A stretch of DNA of 64,000 nucleotides from Burkholderiales bacterium (GTDB lineage Bacteria > Pseudomonadota > Gammaproteobacteria > Burkholderiales > SG8-41), in contig DATBKZ010000054.1 in NCBI GenBank assembly GCA_036555615.1, forward strand, positions 660 through 64,659, read 5' to 3'. Below are positions 9,298 through 18,838 of this stretch, piece after piece. The notes under the pieces were generated by a model that had not been told where the DNA came from, made no database searches, and saw only the letters and a program-made list of their open reading frames with translations. Both the position numbers and the translations under genes were made by a program. The first letter of the stretch is position 1; each line of letters begins with the position of its first letter.

Positions 9298-10326
9298 TCA
9301 TTCGATTCGGATCCGGGCCGCACGCGCGACTTCACCCCAGCGTTTGATTTCGCTCCCAATGTGTAAGCCGAACTCCTTCGGAGTCCCTCCGATGATCTCG
9401 ACTGAGGACGCCGCGAAGCGCTCGCGCAGGTCCGGCTGCCGCAGCGCCTTGTTGATTGCTGCATTCAAGCGGCTGATGATGTCCCGCGGCGTGCTTTTGG
9501 GCGCAAGCATGCCGTACCACAGGCCCGCTTCCATGCCTTGGTAGCCCTGCTCGGCGAACGTGGGCACGTCGGGCAACTGTGCAAGCCGCTTCGCGTTCGC
9601 GGCGGCGAGCGCCCGCAGCCTGCCTGCCTTCACGTGGCCGAGGAATGGCGGCGGGCCGTCAATCATGAAATGAACTTGTCCGGCGACCACCTCAGGCACC
9701 GCCGCCCCCGTGCCCTTATAGGGCACGTGCAGCAGGTCAACACCCGCCTTGAGCTTGAACAGTTCGGCGGCGAGGTGAGGGGGACTGCCGTTTCCGGCGG
9801 TGGCGTAGCGGTACTTGCCGGGGCTGGCCTTGAGCAACGTAACGACGTCCTTGAGGGTGGTTCCAGGCACCGACACATGGACAAACATGACCAGCGGGAT
9901 GCTTACCATCAATGCGATTGGCTCGAAGCTCTTGATGGGATCGTACGGCAGCTTCTGATAGAGATTGGGCCCGATGCCGTGGGTCGTCATGGTCGCCTCC
10001 AGCAGCGTGTAACCGTCGGGCGCGGCCCGCGCCGCCAGTTCGCTGCCGATGATTCCAGACGCTCCGCTGCGATTGTCCACCACCACCGATTGTCCGAGTA
10101 TTTCAGACATTTTCTGCCCGACGGTGCGCGCGGTGATGTCGGCGGAGCCGCCGGGCGCGAAGCCCACGATCACGCGGATTGGCTTGGACGGGAAGGACGG
10201 ATTATCGGCGGCCCCGGCCGGGAACACCGCAGGAAGAAGGGCCACTGCGGCAACGGCACCCAGCAATCGCTGGCGCGCCGTGATAAACGATCGGGTGCCA
10301 AGATGCGCGATCGGAGCCCGGGTCAT
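9298..10326 (-). CDS. Bug/TctC-family substrate-binding protein
   Basis: 342-aa ORF with KPIRVIVGFAPGGSADI and VPYKGTGAAVPEVVAGQV. Confidence 0.9.
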   Translation of the reverse strand: MTRAPIAHLGTRSFITARQRLLGAVAAVALLPAVFPAGAADNPSFPSKPIRVIVGFAPGGSADITARTVGQKMSEILGQSVVVDNRSGASGIIGSELAARAAPDGYTLLEATMTTHGIGPNLYQKLPYDPIKSFEPIALMVSIPLVMFVHVSVPGTTLKDVVTLLKASPGKYRYATAGNGSPPHLAAELFKLKAGVDLLHVPYKGTGAAVPEVVAGQVHFMIDGPPPFLGHVKAGRLRALAAANAKRLAQLPDVPTFAEQGYQGMEAGLWYGMLAPKSTPRDIISRLNAAINKALRQPDLRERFAASSVEIIGGTPKEFGLHIGSEIKRWGEVARAARIRIE

Positions 10327-10520
10327 CGGTTTTTCTCCTCGGCTATTGGCTTGGGGGTGGGATACCGCCCGAACATTATAGTCCGCTTCACACTCGACCT
10401 CCTGGCACGATTACTTTCGGCCGCGATTCAATGTGCGCACTGATGTCGCCGGGCCGTGTAACCCGGATCATATCGCGCTGGCCCGGGATTTATTTGACGG
10501 CGCGGCTGAACCGGCGCCTG

Positions 10521-10650
10521 CGGCGGGCTTCAGCTCGACCTCGAGCCCCTCTTCCTGGTATGCGCCGAGCGCGCAGGCCGCGTAGAACGGCGCGTAGAAG
10601 ACCGCGCGAAAATTCTCGATGAGGACGATCGGCACGCCGGCGATTCTCAT
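10521..10650 (-). pseudogene. 5' remnant (about 40 codons) of an NMT1/THI5-like gene, paralogous to 5265-5379
   Basis: ATG 10650-10648 overlaps the LysR stop (ATGA). It reads MRIAGVPIVLIENFRAVFYAPFYAACALGAYQEEGLEVELKPAA, then diverges and stops at 10468. The DNA is about 88 percent identical by eye to 5265-5379 over about 115 bp. Confidence 0.6.
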
Positions 10651-11624
10651 TCCCGCCGCGTGGGCCGGCGCGTCTTCGGCGCCGGCGTGCTGCGCGCACC
10701 GGAGCGGGCGTTGATTTCGGGCTCCCAGCCCGTCTCCGGAAAGATCTCGGAAACGAAATCGGCGAACGCCCGGACTTTCGCCGTCAGGTAGCGGTTGCTG
10801 GGATAGACCACCTTGAGCGGGGGCGCGAGCGCGACCCAGTCCCGGAGAATCGGCCGCAGGCCGCCGGCCCATTGCGGCAGGATCACGAGCGCGTCGGGCA
10901 CCTGCGCGATGCCGATGCCGTTCAGGGCGGCCGCGGCGGCGGCCTCGAGCGAGGTCACGCCGAGATTGCCGCGCGGAGTGAAGGCAATGCGCTCCTCGCC
11001 TTTCTGGAAGCGCCAGTCGACGGTGCGGCCGGTCGAGGGCGAAATGAAGCGCACGCAGTTGTGGCGCTCGAGATCGGCCACGCTCTGCGGCGTGCCGCGG
11101 GCCGCCAGATAATCGGGCGAGGCGCACGTCACCAGGCGCACGCTGGTAACCTGGCGCGCAACGAGCGTCGAATCGCCGGGAATCTCGACGCCGCGCACCG
11201 CGCAGTCGATGCCTTCCTCGACCAGGTTCACCGCGCGATCGGTCAGCGCCACCTCGACGGTCAGGTCCGGGTAGCGCGCGAGAAAGCGCGGCAGCGTGGA
11301 GAAAAAGATGAGGTGCACGAACGAATGCGGAGTGCTGACCCGCAGCAACCCGCGCGGAGAGGTACGGGCGCTGGAAAGGAGGTCCTCGGTTTCGGCGATG
11401 TCGCCCAGGATGCGCACGCAGCGCTCGTAGAAGGTGCGGCCGTCATCGGTGAGGCGGAGCCGGCGCGTCGTGCGGTGCAACAGCCGCGCGCCGAGCCGCT
11501 TCTCGAGCTGCGCGACGGCAGTCGTGGCGGTGGGCCGGGAGATCTCGAGGCTGTCTGCGGCGCGGGCGAACGAGCCGTGCTCCACGACGCGGGCGAAGGC
11601 GCGCATGCAGAAATAGTAGTCCAT
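10647..11624 (-). CDS. LysR-family transcriptional regulator
   Basis: 325-aa ORF with an N-terminal wHTH (FARVVEHGSFARAADSLEISRPTATTAVAQLEKRLGARLLHRTTR) and a LysR substrate-binding domain. Confidence 0.9.
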   Translation of the reverse strand: MDYYFCMRAFARVVEHGSFARAADSLEISRPTATTAVAQLEKRLGARLLHRTTRRLRLTDDGRTFYERCVRILGDIAETEDLLSSARTSPRGLLRVSTPHSFVHLIFFSTLPRFLARYPDLTVEVALTDRAVNLVEEGIDCAVRGVEIPGDSTLVARQVTSVRLVTCASPDYLAARGTPQSVADLERHNCVRFISPSTGRTVDWRFQKGEERIAFTPRGNLGVTSLEAAAAAALNGIGIAQVPDALVILPQWAGGLRPILRDWVALAPPLKVVYPSNRYLTAKVRAFADFVSEIFPETGWEPEINARSGARSTPAPKTRRPTRRE

Positions 11625-11627
11625 GGG

Positions 11628-11652
11628 GATTGTTCATAATCTGTAAACAATC
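11628..11652. promoter_or_regulatory. Candidate LysR-type T-N11-A operator: GATTGTT-N11-AACAATC
   Basis: Perfect 7-bp inverted repeat with an 11-nt spacer, 4 bp upstream of the lysR start. It lies in the AT-rich divergent region shared with the NmrA-like gene. Confidence 0.45.
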
Positions 11653-11743
11653 AATTTGCTCCAGCCGTGTTTATTTTGCAAGCGGCAATCAATAAAGTGC
11701 CGCTCCGTTGCATGCTCATACTCAACCTGAGAGGAGACTCACC

Positions 11744-12718
11744 ATGACTGCTGCTAGGAAAATCATCGCCGTACTGGGCGCGACCGGCGCGCAGGGCGGC
11801 GGACTCGTCCGCGCCATCCTCGCCGACCCGCGCGGCGGCTTCGCAGTGCGCGCGATCACGAGAGACGTCAATTCGGACAAGGCGAACGCGCTGGCGAAGC
11901 TCGGCGCCGAGGTCGTCGCCGCCGATGTCGACGACGCGAAGAGCCTGGAGCGCGCGTTCGCGGGCGCCCACGGCGCCTTCTGCGTCACGTTCTTCTGGGA
12001 CCACTTCTCGCCGGAACGGGAAAAGGAGCAGGCGCGCAACATGGCGCAGGCCGCCCGCCGCGCCGGGGTCAAGCACGTCATCTGGTCCACGCTCGAGGAT
12101 ACCCGCCGCTGGGTGCCGCTCACAGATGAGCGCCTGCCGACGCTTCAGAAGCGCTACAAGGTGCCGCATTTCGATGCGAAGGGCGAGGCCGATCGCCTGT
12201 TCACCGAGGCGGGTGTTCCGACCACTTTTCTCCTGACCTCGTTCTACTGGGACAACCTGATTCACTTCGGGATGGGCCCGAAGCCCGGCGCCGACGGCAA
12301 GCTCGCGTTCACCCTGCCCATGGACGACAAGAAGCTTCCCGGGATCGCCGCCGAGGACATCGGCAAGTGCGCCTACGGCATCTTCAAGCGCGGGGCCGAG
12401 TTCATCGGGAGGACCGTCGGCATCGCGGGCGAGCACCTCGACGGGAAAGAGATGGCGGCCGCGCTCACGCGCGCCCTGGGCACGCCCGTCGTTCATGACG
12501 CGATGGCGCCCGCGACCTACCGCGCCCTTGGTTTCCCCGGCGCAGATGATCTCGGGAACATGTTCCAATTCAATCGGGATTTCAACGCGGAGTTCCGCGC
12601 GGCGCGCAGCGTGGAGTTTTCGCGTTCACTCAACCCCGCGCTGCAGACCTTCGAGCGCTGGCTGGCGGCCAATGCGAAGCGCATTCCCCTGCCCGAGCCG
12701 GCCACGGCGGGGCGGTAA
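11744..12718 (+). CDS. NmrA-family NAD(P)-binding protein
   Basis: ATG at 11744 is preceded by GAGAGGAG. The protein reads MTAARKIIAVLGATGAQGGGLVRAIL.... The track ORF starts at an upstream TTG (11708). Confidence 0.85.
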   Translation: MTAARKIIAVLGATGAQGGGLVRAILADPRGGFAVRAITRDVNSDKANALAKLGAEVVAADVDDAKSLERAFAGAHGAFCVTFFWDHFSPEREKEQARNMAQAARRAGVKHVIWSTLEDTRRWVPLTDERLPTLQKRYKVPHFDAKGEADRLFTEAGVPTTFLLTSFYWDNLIHFGMGPKPGADGKLAFTLPMDDKKLPGIAAEDIGKCAYGIFKRGAEFIGRTVGIAGEHLDGKEMAAALTRALGTPVVHDAMAPATYRALGFPGADDLGNMFQFNRDFNAEFRAARSVEFSRSLNPALQTFERWLAANAKRIPLPEPATAGR

Positions 12719-12753
12719 GTGGGGCCGATGGCCGGCGAACGCTGTCGTAGTCG

Positions 12754-14934
12754 CTAGAGCTTGATCGGCAGCGATCGCATCCGCTTCGCGGTGGCGGAAA
12801 AGATGGCGTTCGCCACCGCGGGCGCGATGGGCGGGACGCCAGGCTCGCCCACGCCGGTCGGCTTCGCGCTCGATGCCACGATGTGCACCTCGACATGCGG
12901 CATCTCGTTGATGCGCAGCGGCGCATAGTCGTGGAAATTCGACTGCTCGACGATGCCGTCCTTGAGCGTGATCGCGCCGTGCAGCGCTGCCGTCAGCCCG
13001 AAGGCGATGCCGCTTTCCATCTGCGCGCGGATCACCGACGGGTTCACCGCCACGCCGCAGTCGACAGCGCACACCACGCGGTCGATCTGCAGCCGCCCGT
13101 CCCACACCGATACCTCGGCGACCTGCGCGACGAACGTATTGAACGACTCATGTACGGCAATGCCACGGCCGCGCCGCGCGCCCGTCGCCTGCGCGAGCGG
13201 CTTGCCCCAGCCGGACTTCTGCGCGGCGAGCTCCAGCACCCCCCTGTGGCGCGGGTGCTTGGCGAGCAGCGAGCGGCGAAACTCGTACGGGTCCTTGCCG
13301 CTTGCCGCGGCGAGCTCATCGAGGAAGGTCTCGGTGGAAAAAGCGGTGTGGCTCGAGCCCACGGAGCGCCACCACTGGACCGGGACGCCGATCTTCGGCG
13401 AATGCAGCTCGACGCTCAGATTGGGGATGGCGTAGGGGAGGGTGCTCGCGCCTTCGACCGAGGTGACGTCGATGCCGCCCTTGACCAGCGCGCTCTCGAA
13501 CGCGGTGCCGGTGAGGATGGATTGCCCGACGATGCGGTGATGCCAGGCGGCGATCCGGCCCTGCGCGTCGAGCCCCGCCTTGAGCACGTGATAATTCATG
13601 GGGCGGTAATAGCCCGCCTGCATGTCGTCCTCGCGCGTCCACACAAGCTTCACCGGCGCGCGCCCCTTGATCGCCTTGGCGATCTCCGCCGCCTCGAGCA
13701 GGTAATCGGAGTGGGGATTGGCGCGGCGGCCGAAGCTGCCGCCGGCGTAGAGCATGTTGAGGCTCACCTGCTCGGGCTTCAGCCCCACCACGCGCGCGAT
13801 GGCCGCCTGATCCACGGTCTGGAACTGCTCGCCGTTCCACACCTCGCAGGACTTCGGGCCGAGCCGCACCACGCAGTTCATCGGCTCCATCGCCGCGTGC
13901 GCGAGATAGGGAAACTCGTACGCGGCCTCCACGACCTTCGCAGCGCCGGCAAGCGCGCCGGTGATATCGCCTTCCCTGCGCGCGGAGAGCCCCAGCGTGG
14001 CCGCGAGCTTCCGGTACTCGGCCATGATCTGGGCCGAGCCAAGCCTGAAGGCGGCCGTCTGGTCCCATTCGACGACGAGAGCGTCGCGGCCTGACTTGGC
14101 CGTCCAGAAGTCGGGCGCCAGCACGGCCACGCCCTGCGGGATCGCCACGACGTCGGTGACGCCTTTCACTGCCTTTGCGGCTGCCGCGCTGAAGGATTTC
14201 ACCTTGGCGCCGAAGCGCGGCGGATGCGCGACGACCGCGGTGAGCATGCCGGGAAGCTTCACGTCCTGCGTGAAGGTCGCGGTGCCGGTGGATTTCGCGA
14301 TGCTGTCCGTGCGCGGCACGCGTCTGCCGACATAGACGAAATTCTTCGGGTCCTTGAGCTTGATGTTTCCCGGCACCAGCTGCTTCGCCGCGTCCGCGGC
14401 GAGCTGCCCGAAGCTTGCCTTGCGCCCCGAGGCCTTGTGCATCACCGTGCCGCGGCTCACCGTGATCGTGGCGGGTGGCACGCGCCAGCGCTGCGCGGCG
14501 GCGGCGACGAGCATCGCGCGCGCCGTGGCACCGGCCGTGCGCAATTGCTCCCAGGAATTCGCGATCGCGGTGCTGCCGCCCGTGCCCTGCGACGGTCCCC
14601 AGAAGAGATTGTTGTAACGGCTGGCATCAGCGGGTGCTCCCTCGACGCGGATCTGGCCCCAGTCGGCGTCGAGCTCCTCGGCGACGAGCGTGGGCAGCCC
14701 CGTATAGGTGCCCTGGCCCATCTCCAGGTGCTTGACGACGACGGTCACCCGGTTGTCGGCGCCGATGCGGATGAAGGCGTTCGGCTCGAACGTGCCGCGG
14801 GCGACGGCCTTGCCGCCCGCCCGACCCGGGCCGGCCTGGGCGAACGCTGCGGGCGCCGCGATGCCGAGCGTGAGGCCCGCGCTGGCCTTGAGGAAATCGC
14901 GCCGGCACAAGTTGACGATGTCGAATGTCTCCAT
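12754..14934 (-). CDS. Molybdopterin-binding subunit of an aldehyde oxidase/xanthine dehydrogenase-family enzyme (IorB-like), Tat-exported
   Basis: 726-aa ORF with a twin-arginine signal (CRRDFLKASAGLTLGIAAPAAFA) and large a/b-hammerhead plus MoCo-binding regions. It is adjacent to a 2Fe-2S subunit gene. Confidence 0.9.
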   Translation of the reverse strand: METFDIVNLCRRDFLKASAGLTLGIAAPAAFAQAGPGRAGGKAVARGTFEPNAFIRIGADNRVTVVVKHLEMGQGTYTGLPTLVAEELDADWGQIRVEGAPADASRYNNLFWGPSQGTGGSTAIANSWEQLRTAGATARAMLVAAAAQRWRVPPATITVSRGTVMHKASGRKASFGQLAADAAKQLVPGNIKLKDPKNFVYVGRRVPRTDSIAKSTGTATFTQDVKLPGMLTAVVAHPPRFGAKVKSFSAAAAKAVKGVTDVVAIPQGVAVLAPDFWTAKSGRDALVVEWDQTAAFRLGSAQIMAEYRKLAATLGLSARREGDITGALAGAAKVVEAAYEFPYLAHAAMEPMNCVVRLGPKSCEVWNGEQFQTVDQAAIARVVGLKPEQVSLNMLYAGGSFGRRANPHSDYLLEAAEIAKAIKGRAPVKLVWTREDDMQAGYYRPMNYHVLKAGLDAQGRIAAWHHRIVGQSILTGTAFESALVKGGIDVTSVEGASTLPYAIPNLSVELHSPKIGVPVQWWRSVGSSHTAFSTETFLDELAAASGKDPYEFRRSLLAKHPRHRGVLELAAQKSGWGKPLAQATGARRGRGIAVHESFNTFVAQVAEVSVWDGRLQIDRVVCAVDCGVAVNPSVIRAQMESGIAFGLTAALHGAITLKDGIVEQSNFHDYAPLRINEMPHVEVHIVASSAKPTGVGEPGVPPIAPAVANAIFSATAKRMRSLPIKL

Positions 14935-14942
14935 GCGCCCTC

Positions 14943-15401
14943 CTAGGCAAGCGCCTTGGCCGCGCGCTTGATGGCGGCGCGGATCGCGTTGTAGGTGCCG
15001 CAGCGGCAGACGATGCCGGTCATCGCGGCGTCGATGTCCGCATCGCTCGGATTCTTATTCGCCGCGAGGAGGGCCACCGCGGACATGATCTGCCCCGACT
15101 GGCAGTAGCCGCACTGCGGGACGTCGAGCGCAATCCAGGCGGCCTGCACCGCCTTGCCGATGCCGCCCGCGCCGATGCCCTCGATCGTCGTGATCGCCTT
15201 GCCGCCTGCGGCGCTCACCGGCGTCGTGCACGAGCGAATGGCTGCGCCGTCGAGGTGGACGGTGCAGGCGCCGCACAGCGCCAGTCCGCAGCCGTACTTG
15301 GTGCCGGTCAGGTTGAGATGGTCGCGCAGCACCCACAGGAGGGGGGTGCCGGGGTCGACGTCCACCTGCGTCTTCCTGCCGTTCACGTCGAGGGAAATCA
15401 T
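14943..15401 (-). CDS. (2Fe-2S)-binding small subunit (IorA-like)
   Basis: 152 aa from ATG 15401 ([52 protein letters not shown]...[10 protein letters not shown]...CRCGTY). Confidence 0.9.
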   Translation of the reverse strand: MISLDVNGRKTQVDVDPGTPLLWVLRDHLNLTGTKYGCGLALCGACTVHLDGAAIRSCTTPVSAAGGKAITTIEGIGAGGIGKAVQAAWIALDVPQCGYCQSGQIMSAVALLAANKNPSDADIDAAMTGIVCRCGTYNAIRAAIKRAAKALA

Positions 15402-15523
15402 CGCGGAGCGCCTTTCGGAGAATCGGGACGGGAATCGATACGACCTGAAGTATGGCGCCAAAGACCGGCTGCCACAATTGGGCAAGCCCGATTGCAGCGG
15501 GCGCTACGCCCGCCCATCCCGCG

Positions 15524-17740
15524 TCACTCCAGTACGCCGGTGGCGACGATGCTCGTTGGGGTGAGGCCGGCGGCGAACGGACCCCCCGCGATCGGCATGA
15601 GGGCCCCGGTGGTCGCGTCGAGGGCATAGGCGGAAATGCTGTTGTTGTTGAGGCCGGAATTGACGGCGTAGGCGAACCTTCCGCTGATGTCCACGGTGAC
15701 CGACCGCGGTTGCAGGCCTGCGAGGAATGGGCTCCCGGGCACTGCCGTCAGCGCACCGGTGGCGGCGGTGATCGCGTAGGCGGAGATGCTGTTGGAACCG
15801 CTGTTCGCCACATAGGCAAACCGTCCGCTCGGATCGACCGTCACCGACCAGGGTGTCGATCCCGTGGCGAATGGGCTGCCGGCCAGGAGGGTCAAGGCGC
15901 CCGTGGCGGGGTGGATCGAATACGCCGATACGCCAGCGCCGCCGGCGACGTGCGTCACGTAAGCGAAGCGCCCGTTCGGGTCCACCGTCACCGACTGCGG
16001 AGACTGGCCGGTCGCGACTGCGGCGCCTATCGACGTAAGGGTGCCCCCGGTTACGTTCCGGCTCGTGTCGATCCGGTAGGCCGAAACGCTGTTTCCCTGA
16101 AAATTTGCGACGTACACGAACCGCCCGCTCGGGTCCACCGCCACGGACACGGGTTGGCTTCCCGCGGCATAGGGGGTAGCGAGACTATTGAGGGCCCCGG
16201 TGCTCGGGTCGATCGCGTAGGCTGAGACGTTGTTCGAGCCGATGTTCGCCGTGTAGACGAACCTGCCGCCCGGGTCGACCGCAATGGACTGCGGCCCGGC
16301 CCCGGCGGCCGGGCCGGCGAACGGGCTCCCCATCAACGGCGCGAGGGCACCGGTGCCGGGGTCGATTGCGTAACCCGAGATGTTGCTGGAATTGGCGTTC
16401 GCGACGTAGACGAATCGTCCCGTCGGATCGGCGGCGACCGATAGCGGCGTGTTCTCCGTGAGGCTGTTGCCCGCCGGCGCCAGAGCGCCCGTGGACGCGT
16501 TGATCGTATACGCGGAAACCGAGTTGCCCGCGCTGTTCGCCGCATAGGCGAATGCGGGTCGGAAGACGACCGGCGCCGTTCCCTTGCTCACGGCGATGGA
16601 TCTCGGAAGCGATTGCGTGCTGACGGTTGCGGAAATCGCCAGCGGCGTAAGCGCGCCAGTCGCGCTGTTCAGCCGGTACAGGGAGACGTCGTTCGAGCCG
16701 ACATTCGTCACGTAGACGAACTGGCCGCTCGGATCCACGGTAACGGCGCGTGGGCTGCTGCCCGCCGGGTACGGGCTCCCCGCCACCGGCATCAGCACCC
16801 CGCTCGCCGCGTCGATCGTGTACGCGGAAACCGTCCCCGACAGTTCGTTCGTCGCGAATGCGAATTTCCCGTTCTCGTCCACTGCGACACTGCTTGCGCC
16901 GCTGCCGGCCGGGAACGGGCTTCCCCCGACCTCCATCAGCGCCCCGGTGGCCGCGTCGATCCGGAACACGGAAACGCTGTTCGAGGGGGCGGCATTTGCC
17001 GCCAGGAGGAACCGCCCACCCGGCTCGACCCACGCCGACTGGAGACCGGGCGCCGCGGCGAACGGGCTGTTTGGCAGTTCGGTCAGATTGCCGGTGCTGA
17101 TGTCTATGGAGTACGCCGAGAGGGTCTGGACGGGGCCGTTGTTTGCCGCCACGTAGACGAAGCGTCCGGCCGGATCCACCGTCACGGAAAGCGGATTGGC
17201 GCCGGTCATGGACGGGCTCCCCGGCGCCGGTGTCAGGACTCCGGTGGCCGCGTTGATCGTGTAGCCGGAAATCGTATTGGAAAGCTGATTCACCGCGTAG
17301 GCAACGCGCCCGTCCGCGTCGACGTCCACGGAAACCGGAGAATTTCCGCCGGTGGCGAACGGACTGCCCGCAACGGCGGTCAGCGCCCCGCTCGTGGGGT
17401 TGATCGTATAGGCCGCGATCGTGCCCGGATTGACGTTGCTTGCCGCGAACAGGAACCGCCCGTCGGCGTCCATCGCGACCGACGCGGCTCCCGGGATGCC
17501 GGGGACATAGCCGCGGTGCCGCAGCTGCCCGCTGGCGGCGTCCACGACATAGACCGAGAGCGAACTCTCCTGGCCGTTGGCGACGTAGGCAAAGCGCGGC
17601 GCCGTCACCGGGGGCGACGGCGGTACGGGCGGCCCCGGTCCACCGCCTCCGCCTCCGCCTCCACCTCCGCCTCCGCCGCTGCACCCGGCAACGGCGAGAC
17701 AGGCGAGGAGCACCGATGTCCCGAGAAGACGGTGATTCAT
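15524..17740 (-). CDS. Lipoprotein with about 14 lactonase/YVTN-type beta-propeller blades (probably two tandem 7-bladed propellers)
   Basis: ATG 17740 gives MNHRLLGTSVLLACLAVAGC (lipobox), a run of 13 Gly, a Pro-rich linker, then a roughly 47-aa unit repeated: SAYxIDxxTGALTxxxGSPFxxGxxPxSVxVDPxGRFxYVAN. Confidence 0.8.
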   Translation of the reverse strand: MNHRLLGTSVLLACLAVAGCSGGGGGGGGGGGGGPGPPVPPSPPVTAPRFAYVANGQESSLSVYVVDAASGQLRHRGYVPGIPGAASVAMDADGRFLFAASNVNPGTIAAYTINPTSGALTAVAGSPFATGGNSPVSVDVDADGRVAYAVNQLSNTISGYTINAATGVLTPAPGSPSMTGANPLSVTVDPAGRFVYVAANNGPVQTLSAYSIDISTGNLTELPNSPFAAAPGLQSAWVEPGGRFLLAANAAPSNSVSVFRIDAATGALMEVGGSPFPAGSGASSVAVDENGKFAFATNELSGTVSAYTIDAASGVLMPVAGSPYPAGSSPRAVTVDPSGQFVYVTNVGSNDVSLYRLNSATGALTPLAISATVSTQSLPRSIAVSKGTAPVVFRPAFAYAANSAGNSVSAYTINASTGALAPAGNSLTENTPLSVAADPTGRFVYVANANSSNISGYAIDPGTGALAPLMGSPFAGPAAGAGPQSIAVDPGGRFVYTANIGSNNVSAYAIDPSTGALNSLATPYAAGSQPVSVAVDPSGRFVYVANFQGNSVSAYRIDTSRNVTGGTLTSIGAAVATGQSPQSVTVDPNGRFAYVTHVAGGAGVSAYSIHPATGALTLLAGSPFATGSTPWSVTVDPSGRFAYVANSGSNSISAYAITAATGALTAVPGSPFLAGLQPRSVTVDISGRFAYAVNSGLNNNSISAYALDATTGALMPIAGGPFAAGLTPTSIVATGVLE

Positions 17741-17808
17741 TCCGATCCCGATCCGGAGCGCATGATAGTCTCCCAGAGCCTCGGCCAACGAAGGGGAGAA
17801 GATAGCTC

Positions 17809-18807
17809 ATGAGAACTATAGACATCCATGCCCACGTCGTTCCCGAATCACTGTGGAAGGCGATCGACGCCAAGAAAGACTGGCACGGCTTTCGCCACGA
17901 GCCGGGCGAGGGCATGGGGGGAATGGTCGGAGGCGGCATGCGCACGGCCTTCACCTCGCCCAAGCTGCGCTACACGGTGGAGGAACGCCTGAAGGACATG
18001 GACGCGCAGAAAGTGGACGTGCAGGTGCTCTCCATCCACACGCCGTTCGTCGGCTATCACTTGGAGGCGGCCCAGGGACTCGCGCTCGCACGCGAAGTGA
18101 ACGACGAGATCGGCGCGACGGTCCGGGGAAACGCCGGGCGCCTGGCGGGGCTTGCCACGCTGCCCGTGCAGGACGTGAAGTCCGCGATCGGCGAGCTCGA
18201 GCGCGCGGTGACGAAGCTGGGGCTGAAGGGCGCCTCCCTCGACACGCAGGTGAACGGCGAGCAGTGGGACGAGCCCAAGTTCCTTCCCTTCTTCAAGACC
18301 GCCGAGCAGATGGGGGCGGTGCTGTTCTACCATCCGCAGCCGCAGAACAACTTTCTCATGCAGCGGATCAAGCGCCACGGGCTCTCCAACAGCCTCGGCG
18401 TGATCCTCGACGACGCGATCGTGATCGGGGTGCTGATCTGCGGCGGCGTGCTGGAAAAGTGCCCGGATCTCAAGGTCTGCATCGCGCACGGCGGCGGGCC
18501 CGCGTGCTTCGCAATGGGGCGGCTCGACCGCAACTGGCACGAGCGGCCGGCGACGCGCAGCACGCCGCAGCCGCCGGGCGCCTACCAGAAGCGGCTCTAC
18601 TACGACACCGTGGTCCCGAGCGAGGAGGCGCTGCGCTTCCTGATCGACCGGGTGGGCGTCGACCGGGTAGTGCTCGGCAGCGACTGGCCGTTCGTGCTGT
18701 GGCGTCCGTCGCCGGTCGCGTGGGTGCAGGGCTTGAAGTCGCTCACGCCGGAGGAGAAGGAGAAGATCCTCTGGAAGAACCTCGCGACGCTGCTCGATAT
18801 CCCGTAA
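17809..18807 (+). CDS. Amidohydrolase_2 family (ACMSD-like metal-dependent hydrolase/decarboxylase)
   Basis: 332-aa ORF. It begins MRTIDIHAHVVPE, contains CIAHGGG, and ends DRVVLGSDWPF. Confidence 0.85.
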   Translation: MRTIDIHAHVVPESLWKAIDAKKDWHGFRHEPGEGMGGMVGGGMRTAFTSPKLRYTVEERLKDMDAQKVDVQVLSIHTPFVGYHLEAAQGLALAREVNDEIGATVRGNAGRLAGLATLPVQDVKSAIGELERAVTKLGLKGASLDTQVNGEQWDEPKFLPFFKTAEQMGAVLFYHPQPQNNFLMQRIKRHGLSNSLGVILDDAIVIGVLICGGVLEKCPDLKVCIAHGGGPACFAMGRLDRNWHERPATRSTPQPPGAYQKRLYYDTVVPSEEALRFLIDRVGVDRVVLGSDWPFVLWRPSPVAWVQGLKSLTPEEKEKILWKNLATLLDIP

Positions 18808-18838
18808 CCCTCCCACCACCCCGCTTGCTTTTCAGTCA

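Noticed and set aside
6520-9366. 948-aa plus-strand ORF, the longest in the track
   Set aside because: It runs antisense across three well-supported minus-strand genes (hydantoinase, PrpD-like, Bug). Its translation is Arg/Ala/Gly/Pro-rich low complexity with no recognisable motifs. This is a typical shadow ORF of high-GC DNA.
10406-10424. TGGCAC motif suggesting a sigma-54 promoter
   Set aside because: The GG-N10-GC spacing fails: the -12 position reads TT, not GC. No enhancer-binding protein gene is nearby.
15524-17740. Regular repeat periodicity of about 140 bp that could be mistaken for a repeat array or CRISPR
   Set aside because: The units are imperfect at the DNA level, have no spacer/repeat alternation, and translate into contiguous beta-propeller blades in one long ORF.
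16185-17963. 592-aa minus-strand ORF overlapping the beta-propeller gene in another frame
   Set aside because: The overlapping frame (15524-17740) has a lipoprotein signal and about 14 regular propeller blades. This frame is Arg/Gly-rich nonsense and crosses the divergent promoter region.
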